Translations under genes and position numbers: made by a program | In this document: positions 16,233 to 23,037 of the stretch, one piece after another | Position numbering within the stretch: position 1 is the first letter of the stretch | Layout: every line of letters begins with the position of its first letter | NCBI RefSeq assembly: GCF_000011125.1 | Contig: NC_000854.2 | Coordinates: forward strand, 1,440,001 to 1,472,000 | Direction of reading: 5' to 3' | DNA length: 32,000 bases | DNA from: Aeropyrum pernix K1 | Lineage (GTDB): Archaea; Thermoproteota; Thermoprotei_A; Sulfolobales; Acidilobaceae | The notes under the pieces: generated by a model | What the model was told of the DNA's origin: nothing | The model's input: the letters and a program-made list of their open reading frames with translations, nothing else | The model's database searches: none

Positions 16233-16242
16233 ATTAAATATA
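16233..16242 (-). promoter_or_regulatory. TATA box (TATATTTAAT) for the Lon-like protease gene
   Basis: Lies inside the N-terminal extension of the maximal ORF, 38 nt upstream of the in-frame TTG at 16195. Confidence 0.4.
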
Positions 16243-16323
16243 CGGTCGGCGTGGTGCGCAAAAGCTGTAGGCTAGCCGTCTGTGGGCCTTCCCGCCGTAA
16301 ATCCTGGATAATAATGAAAATAT

Positions 16324-17094
16324 TTAGCTTTCGCTGTTGCAGAGTCTCGAGCATACCTCACGGTATATGTCCCGCACGCCTTTGATCCCTTGCTCGAACT
16401 CCAGTTTATAGCCAAACCTCACCACCTCGGGCCTGTAGCCCAGTCTTGCCTCCACCATGGCAGCCAACTGTTCCTCGTCGAACCCTTGGTCAGGCCCCAA
16501 TACTATAATGTCGGGCTTCACTTTCTCCACAGAATCGAGGAAGTCCTTTTCGCTTCCTAGAAAAGCGTTGTAGACGTATCTGACAGCCGAAACAACCTTG
16601 AGCCTAGACTTCTCCCCCAATATGGGCTTTCTCCCCTTAATCTTCTCCACCGTCGAGTCCCGGGCGATAACCACGTACAGCTTGCCCAAGCTGCTAGCGT
16701 ACCTAAGGAGCTCCACGTGGCCTGGATGGAGTATCTCGAAAGTCCCCCCTACGAACACCCTTTTCTCCTCAAAACCCTCATCAGGCCACTCAGGCTCAAG
16801 CACGCCCAAGTATTTAAGAGAGTCTATCAAGCCCTCCGCGTAGCTGGCGGCGGAGAGGGCTGTAGCGTAGTCACCCTTTGCAGCATAGTATTCCGCGTCC
16901 CCAACATACCTCTCAGCAGCGTCGATAAGACTCTCTATATCTATCGAAATACTCCTTCTATCATTCTCCTGTCCAAGCCTTGATTTCAGCCTCTCCACAG
17001 CCGTCTTGGCGTTTCTAATATACTTCAGGGCTCTCTCTGCGATAACATCAGCCTCTGTAGCCACTTCAGCGCCACCCCCCGGGCGCTCGGGCAC
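16324..17094 (-). CDS. ribL: FAD synthetase (FMN adenylyltransferase, RibL type) with ~100-aa N-terminal helical domain
   Basis: The C-terminal ~150 aa align by eye with M. jannaschii RibL: GGTFEILHPGHVELLRYASSLG...VVIARDSTVEKIKGRKPILGEKSRLKVV...KPDIIVLGPDQGFDEEQL...PEVVRF. The N-terminal region (YVGDAEYYAAKGDYATALSAASYAEGLIDSLKYLG) resembles the DUF357 archaeal helical domain as I recall it. GTG start at 17094. Confidence 0.85.
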   Translation of the reverse strand: MPERPGGGAEVATEADVIAERALKYIRNAKTAVERLKSRLGQENDRRSISIDIESLIDAAERYVGDAEYYAAKGDYATALSAASYAEGLIDSLKYLGVLEPEWPDEGFEEKRVFVGGTFEILHPGHVELLRYASSLGKLYVVIARDSTVEKIKGRKPILGEKSRLKVVSAVRYVYNAFLGSEKDFLDSVEKVKPDIIVLGPDQGFDEEQLAAMVEARLGYRPEVVRFGYKLEFEQGIKGVRDIYREVCSRLCNSES

Positions 17095-17123
17095 CCTAAA
17101 TGCTTCTAGGCAGATAAGATGTA

Positions 17124-17744
17124 TTATGCTGTGTACAACTCGGCCTTAACAACACTTCCTAGAATCCTTACAAGCGCATACCTCCCCTCATACGCGGGCC
17201 CTGGGTTGACGAAGACGGTGCCTCCTATGGATTCAATGCCCGGCGACTCGTGGATATGCCCGAACAGGTGGGCTCTAGGCTTCAGCGAATCAACAAGGCT
17301 CCTGAGGTCGTGTAGACCCGCTCTAACGCCGGCGAAGGTAGTGTCGAGCACTCCGTGGGGCGGATGGTGGGTGAGCAGGACGTCCACTGTCAACCCGCTA
17401 GACTCCAGGGATCGCAGAAGCATTTCCATGCTAGTCCTAGGATCCATACCACCAACCCCACCGAACACTAGGCCACCCACTCTATCCACCCTCCCATCCA
17501 TAAGGACGCCAGCGCTACGTAGAACCCTCCTCACCCCGGCGTGGTCTAGATTTCCAGTCACAGCAACGAGGGGCACACCCTCTCGCCTCGACCACTCAAC
17601 TATTGCTACTGCCGCCTTCTCACACTCGAAATCGCCCGTGGCTGCTACCGTTGAGGGTTTTACAGGGAGAGACGATATAATGTCCTCTAGCCTCCTGAGG
17701 CTGCAGTGGATGTCCGAGACGTGAAGTATAACGCTTCCACCCAA
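17124..17744 (-). CDS. Calcineurin-like metallophosphoesterase
   Basis: Motifs ILHVSDIHCS, ATGDF, VTGNLDH, LLTHHPPHG and LFGHIHE. The maximal ORF reaches 17879 and overlaps the divergent gene. The TTG at 17744 is preceded by GGGGGAGG 6-7 nt upstream and sits ~8 aa before the D-x-H motif, as is typical. The start is uncertain, and the ATG at 17807 is an alternative. Confidence 0.75.
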   Translation of the reverse strand: MGGSVILHVSDIHCSLRRLEDIISSLPVKPSTVAATGDFECEKAAVAIVEWSRREGVPLVAVTGNLDHAGVRRVLRSAGVLMDGRVDRVGGLVFGGVGGMDPRTSMEMLLRSLESSGLTVDVLLTHHPPHGVLDTTFAGVRAGLHDLRSLVDSLKPRAHLFGHIHESPGIESIGGTVFVNPGPAYEGRYALVRILGSVVKAELYTA

Positions 17745-17852
17745 TCCAATCCTCCCCCTACGGGATAGCGGTACAGTGGTGCAGGTAAGCCAGATCACTA
17801 TATCCATGCGTGTACATAAAAATTGCTGCAAGAAACATAAGATGATTATTAG

Positions 17853-19575
17853 GTGGGTTGTTTGGAGGAAATCCGACATAATGCAGCCGAGGCTTACCTC
17901 TCTCGCCCTTGGCTTAAGAAGTATGACGAGGGAGTTCCCGCCGATATCGAGATCCCGGATAAACCCCTCTACTGGATCCTGGAGGAGAGCGCCTCGAGGT
18001 TCCCAAGCAGGACTGCACTTTTATTCTATGGGAGGAGGGTCACTTATAGGGAGCTGTTGGAGTCTGCTCTCCAAGTTCGCTGGGTATCTCCGCTCCCGCG
18101 GCGTCGGTAAGGGGGATGTCGTCGGGCTCTTCCTCCCCAACTCCCCCCAGTTCGCCATAGCCTTCTACGGAGCCCTAATTGCGGGTGCCATTGTCAGCCC
18201 TATGAATGTGCTCTACAGCCCCCGGGAGATACGCCATCAGCTCTCGGATAATAAGGCTAGGGTTCTTGTGGCGCTGGACATGTTCAAAGACAGGGTGCTG
18301 GCAGGTCTTCCGAGCAGTGTTGAAGAGGTCCTCTGGACCGGCATACAGGACTATCTCCCCGGGCTCAAGGCCCTGCTTTACAAGCTGTTCAAGAAGCCTC
18401 CTAGCCCCCCGAAGGGCGGTATACACAAGAAGTTTACTGATGCCCTTAAGCACGAGCCCATAGACTCTAAGCCCGAGATAAACCCGCACGAGGATGTAGC
18501 CGCCTTAATGTACACAGGCGGCACCACTGGCACCCCTAAAGGCGCTATGCTGACGCACAGGAACCTGCTGGCAAACGTCCTACAGATAGACGCCTGGTTC
18601 AAGAGGGGTGTAAGGGGTAAAGACGTTTTCGTGGGAGCTCTTCCATGGTTCCACATCTACGGCCTTACTGCAGTCCTAAACAGCGGGGTCCAAAAGGCTG
18701 CTACGATAATCGTCTATGCAAGGCCGAATATCGAGGAGATAATGAGGGATATTGAGAGGTATAAGGCCACGGTCTTCCACGGGGTGCCCACACTATACAG
18801 GATGATTATAAACCACCCCAAAGTTGAGAAGTTCAACCTAAGAAGCCTAGAGGTGTGTATAAGCGGCGCCGAGCCTCTCCCCAAGGCTGTAGCAGAAAGG
18901 TTTATGGAGATTACCGGGGCAAAGCTGAGGGAGGGCTACGGCCTGACAGAGACCAGTCCCGTGACTCACGTGAACCCCATAATGGGCGAGGCCCGCTACG
19001 GCAGCATAGGCATCCCGGTACCATCAACCGTAGCGGCGGTTGCCGATCCAGAGTCCCCCGCAATTCTCGAGCCCGGGCAGGTGGGGGAGCTCGTGGTATC
19101 GGGCCCTCAGGTTATGAAGGGCTACTACAACAGGCCTGAGGAGAACGAGAAGGTTTTCTTCGAGTGCTGCGGGCTGAGGTGGCTGCGCACGGGCGATATG
19201 GCGCGCATGGATGAGGACGGCTATTTCTACATAGTTGACAGGAAGAAGGACATAATCAAGTACAAGGGTTACAGCGTCTTCCCGAGGGAGATAGAAGAGG
19301 TTCTATACCGCCACGAGTGCGTGAGGGAGGCTGCAGTCATTGGAGTCCCACACCCCGAGTATAACGAGGTGCCGAAGGCCTTCGTCGCCCTAAGGGACGA
19401 GTGTAAGGGCAAGGTAAAGCCCGAGGATATAATAGAGTTCGCCAGGAAGCATCTTGCACCGTACAAGGTGCCTAAGGAGGTTGAGATAAGGGAGGACCTC
19501 CCAAAGAGCGGGGTAGGCAAGATACTTAGAAGAGTTCTAAGGGAGGAGGAGCTGAAAAAGAGGGGGCAGGCTTGA
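17853..19575 (+). CDS. Long/medium-chain acyl-CoA synthetase (AMP-forming), interrupted by a +1 frameshift near 18063-18073
   Basis: The frame-1 body carries MYTGGTTGTPKGAMLTHRNL, GYGLTETSP, TGDMARMDEDGYFYIVDRKKDIIKYKGYSVFPREIE and PKSGVGKILRR. The conserved N-terminus (YLSRPWLKKYDEGVPADIEIPDKPLYWILEESASRFPSRTALLFYGRRVTYRELLES) is in frame 3, running from the GTG at 17853 with that frame's stop at 18108-18110. Confidence 0.85.
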
Positions 19576-19591
19576 GAGGGTCAAAACAACA

Positions 19592-19840
19592 CTAGCAACC
19601 ACAGCCGTGCCCATGCCCGTGGTGGCCGTGGTGCTCATGATGCTCATGGTGTTCGTGGCCAGGCATGCCCTGAGGGCCGTGGGTTAAGTAGTACTCGGGG
19701 TTCTTCTCAAAGGCCGTTTTACACTGGGGGCTGCAGAAATAGTATATCTTCCCCTTATACACTGTTTTGTACATCGCGGAAGAAGTTTCTACCTCCATCC
19801 CACAGACGGGATCCACAGCTTTAGCCATAACATCATACAC
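19592..19840 (-). CDS. YHS/TRASH-domain metal-binding protein with His/Cys-rich tail
   Basis: 82 aa. DPVCGMEV...YKGKIYYFCSPQCKTAFEKNP is the YHS/TRASH Cys pattern. The tail is GHEHHEHHEHHGHHGHGHGCGC. Confidence 0.85.
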   Translation of the reverse strand: MYDVMAKAVDPVCGMEVETSSAMYKTVYKGKIYYFCSPQCKTAFEKNPEYYLTHGPQGMPGHEHHEHHEHHGHHGHGHGCGC

Positions 19841-19943
19841 CTATCTCATACCCTTGACATCCGAGGCTTTTAACACGTATATGGAGGCGCGGGTAGGCTA
19901 GTCAGTATCGTTGTAGAAAGTGAGGTGATTTCTAGCCGGGCAA

Positions 19944-21125
19944 CTAACCGCCAACAGCAATCTCTTCCAGCTTGAGTAGAGCCTCCTCGGCGGTGCTGGC
20001 ATATGCTCTCCTTACACCCGCACTACTTGCTATAAACTCTAGGGCCCTAGGATCCTTAAGACCGTGGCCTGTGAGTATCAGCACCACGCTTGAGCCAGAA
20101 GCTATGATGCCCTGGTTCCTCAGCTTTATGAGGCCTGCAAGGCTGGCTGCACTGGCAGGCTCTACCAGCATCCCCTCGTTCTCAGCGAGCGTGGCCGCCG
20201 CCTTTAGGATCTCGGCGTCGCTGACAGATATTATTAAACCGTCCGACTCCCTAACCGCTGCCAGGGCTTTCGCAGCGTTGACTGGATTGCCTATCCTTAT
20301 GGCCGAGGCTATGGTGCTCGGGTTTCTAACCCTCTCCACAGAGTCCATCTTCTCAACCCAAGCCCTGTACAGGGGGGAGGCGCCCTCAGCCTGGACCCCC
20401 ACCATCCTAGGCCTCATGCTGGGAAGGCCTAGGAGGCCGGCCTCTTTGAACCCTTTCCATATTGCAGATATGTTACCCGCATTACCCACAGGCACCACCA
20501 CATGGTCCACTCTGTCCACATCCTCTAGAATCTCGAAGGCAATGGTCTTCTGCCCCTCAAGCCTGTAGGGGTTTATGCTGTTGAGTGAGTACGCGAGCCC
20601 CTTCTCCGCAGCGGCCCTGGCAGCGTCGAGAGCATCGTCGAAGCTGCCCTCAACCTCAAGAACCCAAGCCCCAAGGGCGGCTATCTGGGAGAGCTTGCCC
20701 GAGGCTATACCCCCCTTCGGAATCAGTATAACCGGATTAAGCCCTGCTCTCCTAGCGTATGCTGCCATGCTAGCCGCAGTGTTACCCGTGCTTGCCGCTA
20801 CTACAAGTCGGTAGCTGAAGGACGAGGCGATGCTGACACCAACAGTCATACCCCTATCCTTAAAGCTGCCAGTAGGGTTTAGGAACTCGAGTTTCCCATA
20901 GACTTCAACCCCCATAGCCCTAGAAAGGTTCTCCAGCTTGACCAGCGGCGTAGAACCCTCCCCCATGGTCACGATCCTGCGTGGCCTCGGCAGGAGGTCC
21001 CTATACCTCCACACCCCCCTGCCCCTGGGCGATCCTCCGTCAATGTAGAAGGGCTCCAGAAGCCCCCCGCACTTAGGGCAGGTGAATAGACGAGGGGAGG
21101 ACGGATATTTGGAGCCGCAGGCCAC
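19944..21125 (-). CDS. thrC: Threonine synthase
   Basis: PLP-lysine motif NPTGSFKDRGMTV, STGNTAASMAAY and an N-terminal Zn-ribbon (C)VACGSKY...FTCPKCGG. The first canonical start is the GTG at 21125. See the finding about the upstream in-frame Cys. Confidence 0.9.
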   Translation of the reverse strand: MACGSKYPSSPRLFTCPKCGGLLEPFYIDGGSPRGRGVWRYRDLLPRPRRIVTMGEGSTPLVKLENLSRAMGVEVYGKLEFLNPTGSFKDRGMTVGVSIASSFSYRLVVAASTGNTAASMAAYARRAGLNPVILIPKGGIASGKLSQIAALGAWVLEVEGSFDDALDAARAAAEKGLAYSLNSINPYRLEGQKTIAFEILEDVDRVDHVVVPVGNAGNISAIWKGFKEAGLLGLPSMRPRMVGVQAEGASPLYRAWVEKMDSVERVRNPSTIASAIRIGNPVNAAKALAAVRESDGLIISVSDAEILKAAATLAENEGMLVEPASAASLAGLIKLRNQGIIASGSSVVLILTGHGLKDPRALEFIASSAGVRRAYASTAEEALLKLEEIAVGG

Positions 21126-21401
21126 GCATCTTAAACCGCTAGGACCCTCTACAACCTCGTCAATAGTCTCATCCCCACTATAGCCGAGAAGGATAGTGGG
21201 GAGGAGGCTATATATAAGAGGAGCGGGCTCGAAACCCTCTCTACACTAGCCGATAGCCCACCTCCCGGTGATACACGCTCCCGGGTAGTACCTACTGTAG
21301 ACGCCTATTATAAGTCGGCTCTCCACACATTAATTCTCGGGGGGTGTCCCCTTCCAGGCCAAACGGTGCACCGGTGTATTAGAAGACGGTGATTACGAGG
21401 T

Positions 21402-21968
21402 ATGAGCAGCAGTAGTAATGTCGACCCGGTATCCCAGGCTTTCAAAGAGGTTCTCGAGGAGATCTACTGGCAGGAGAGCCTTGAAGAGGCTGAAAAGAGG
21501 CTTGAAGAGTTCATAGCGTCTATGGACGAGGACCTCAGGGAGCTTCTACTCGAAAAGAGGAGAGAGTACTGTAGCAACCCTGAGGCCGTTGTATCGATAC
21601 TAAGCCTGGAGGCGCTTCTATCCTCTGAGGATTTGAAGGATGTTGAGCAGGAGTATAAGCAGGCTATGATAGCGAAGGCCATGATAAACGCTGCATTCCT
21701 TATCCAATGCACGCCAACGTGGAGCGAGCTAACCCCCGATGAGAAGGCGTGGGTGCTGGCGCCGCTCTACAAGGCCAGCTACGGCATAGAGTTGGCTCTC
21801 AAGGGCGATGCCATAGACAAGCTACATCTAAACCACGCCCTAGAGATGCTTGAAATCGCTCTTGCTAGGGCAGAGATGCTTGGTCTCGTGGAGGAGATGA
21901 GGGAGCATATCGAAATGATGGCCGAAAGACTCTTCGAGGAGAGTGGAAGCCCACACTCTGGGCCATAG
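21402..21968 (+). CDS. Hypothetical acidic all-helical protein (188 aa)
   Basis: ATG-initiated ORF with TATTAGAA ~25 nt upstream. Glu/Leu-rich and amphipathic. I recognise no motif. Confidence 0.55.
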   Translation: MSSSSNVDPVSQAFKEVLEEIYWQESLEEAEKRLEEFIASMDEDLRELLLEKRREYCSNPEAVVSILSLEALLSSEDLKDVEQEYKQAMIAKAMINAAFLIQCTPTWSELTPDEKAWVLAPLYKASYGIELALKGDAIDKLHLNHALEMLEIALARAEMLGLVEEMREHIEMMAERLFEESGSPHSGP

Positions 21969-22193
21969 CTCCGCGTATCGGAATGGCCGAATACACGCTT
22001 ATCACGGGCCTCATCTACAAGACCCCCATACACCTGTGCCAAAACCTCGTTCCAAAGAATAGGTTTGTCCTATGGTTGTGCTAGGGAGTGTTGTAGAGAC
22101 ATTTCTATTCTAGGCAGGACCATTCATCCCAGACTGAACCCTTGAGGGCATGATGTGGTAGTGTGGAGGTGGTCCGGGGGCGGGGGACCCTAA

Positions 22194-22307
22194 TGGTCCC
22201 GCCGCGGGGATTCGAACCCCGGACCACCCGGTGTCTGCGGGGAGACACCGGGTTACGCCGCCCGCGTCCCACTACAGCCGGGCGCTCTGCCGCTGAGCTA
22301 CGGCGGG
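22194..22307 (-). tRNA. tRNA-Tyr (anticodon GUA) with 39-nt intron at 37/38 (22233-22271) and encoded CCA
   Basis: Minus strand: acceptor CCCGCCG / CGGCGGG (C1:G72), D arm GCUC-AGCGGCA-GAGC, anticodon stem CCCGG / CCGGG and loop CUGUAG^...^A. T arm is CGGGG-UUCGAAU-CCCCG, followed by A73-CCA. The intron ends form two 3-nt bulges around the 4-bp helix CUGU/GCAG (a BHB motif). Confidence 0.9.
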
Positions 22308-22420
22308 ACCACTATTCTAAACCAATTTCTGGAACCTATAAGGTTTGAAGCCGTCCACTCTACTGTAACGTGTCCCCCTGGTAGGCATGTAATAGCTTTC
22401 CCCCGCCAAATATCCTGGAT

Positions 22421-22482
22421 GGGCGATGAGGATAGGCGGGCTTTTCTGAGACGTGTGATGAGTGCGGTCGTATCCGAGTCCG
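22421..22482 (+). ncRNA. Candidate C/D-box sRNA (tentative)
   Basis: C-like AUGAGGA (22426-22432), 13-nt spacer, D' CUGA (22446-22449), 5 nt, perfect C' GUGAUGA (22455-22461), 12-nt spacer, D-like CCGA (22474-22477). Short flanking complementarity GGGC / GUCC. It lies in the gap between the tRNA and the next gene's likely start. Confidence 0.3.
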
Positions 22483-22527
22483 GCCGGTTTGTTTAAACTT
22501 CCGGATGGACAGTTACTTCTACATGGG

Positions 22528-22533
22528 TATAAT
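22528..22533 (+). promoter_or_regulatory. TATA box (TATAAT) for the 22555 gene
   Basis: Lies 22 nt upstream of the GTG at 22555, which is consistent with a leaderless transcript. Confidence 0.4.
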
Positions 22534-22554
22534 GTGGGGTGGAATGTGTTGAGT

Positions 22555-23037
22555 GTGAAGCTCGAGGTTGTGGATATAGAGATTCCTGAGGGTGCTAACG
22601 TCATAATAGGTAGGAGCCATTTTATAAAGACGGTTGAGGACCTCTACGAGGCCCTCGTGACTAGCTGCCCCTCGCTGAAGTTTGGCATAGCTTTCTGCGA
22701 GGCCTCCGGTAAGAGGCTTGTCAGGCACGATGGAAATGATGAGGACCTCAGGAAGAAGGCTATCGAGGCCTGTATGAAGATAGGAGCAGGCCACGTTTTC
22801 GTGGTGTACATCAGGAATGGGTGGCCTATTAACGTGCTTAACGCCATAAAGAGCGTTCAAGAAGTGGTCTCGATAGACGCGGCTACAGCTAACCCTGTGA
22901 AGGTCGTTGTCGCCGACCTCGGGGAGCAGAGAGCCCTCCTCGGTGTGGCGGACGGGTTTAAGCCTCTAGGCGTTGAGGGCGAAGACGATATAAGGGAGAG
23001 GAAGGAGTTTCTGAGGAAGATAGGCTATAAACGGTGA
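22555..23037 (+). CDS. Adenosine-specific-kinase family protein (PAE2307/PF04008-like)
   Basis: [33 protein letters not shown]...[23 protein letters not shown] matches my recollection of this small archaeal family. The ORF track starts at 22462, but homologues begin at MK(I/L)EVV. In-frame candidate starts are GTG 22546, TTG 22549 and GTG 22555. Confidence 0.75.
   Translation: MKLEVVDIEIPEGANVIIGRSHFIKTVEDLYEALVTSCPSLKFGIAFCEASGKRLVRHDGNDEDLRKKAIEACMKIGAGHVFVVYIRNGWPINVLNAIKSVQEVVSIDAATANPVKVVVADLGEQRALLGVADGFKPLGVEGEDDIRERKEFLRKIGYKR

Noticed and set aside
16196-16354. N-terminal extensions of maximal ORFs at 16196-16354, 22462-22554, 12279-12326 and 17745-17879
   Set aside because: These extensions overlap neighbouring genes or contain TATA boxes or the C/D-like element. 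They also precede the point where homologues or signal peptides begin. I treated them as non-coding and chose internal GTG, TTG or ATG starts. The exact starts remain uncertain.
17119-17724. 201-aa plus-strand ORF
   Set aside because: It is antisense to the metallophosphoesterase gene, which carries all the signature motifs. The sequence is Pro/Ser/Thr/Arg-rich and lacks motifs.
19972-20568. 198-aa plus-strand ORF, along with 20575-20814
   Set aside because: It is antisense to thrC, which has the PLP Lys motif and full-length homology. The composition is that of a shadow ORF.
22171-22193. GGTCC-N9-GGACC hairpin immediately 3' of tRNA-Tyr whose 5' arm resembles the tRNA acceptor region, raising the possibility of an att-site duplication from an integrated element
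   Set aside because: The similarity is only ~10 nt of GC-rich sequence. No integrase, viral genes or longer direct repeat of the tRNA 3' half is visible in the window. It is more likely a processing or termination hairpin.
21969-22193. Box-like fragments (AUGAUGU at ~22150 on the plus strand, AGAUGAGG...CCGA on the minus strand) in the spacer downstream of the 188-aa ORF, suggesting another C/D sRNA
   Set aside because: No consistent C-guide-D'/C'-guide-D spacing or partner D box could be assembled on either strand.
22163-22348. 61-aa plus-strand ORF, and the 95-aa minus-strand ORF at 22317-22604
   Set aside because: The first is simply the antisense strand of tRNA-Tyr. The second spans the tRNA upstream spacer and the antisense strand of the kinase-like gene start, and has no coding features.
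23025-23037. 13-nt overlap of the convergent 3' ends of the kinase-like gene and the S9 peptidase gene
   Set aside because: Both stops are real, but such overlaps are common in compact archaeal genomes. There is no evidence of special function beyond possible antisense 3' UTR overlap.
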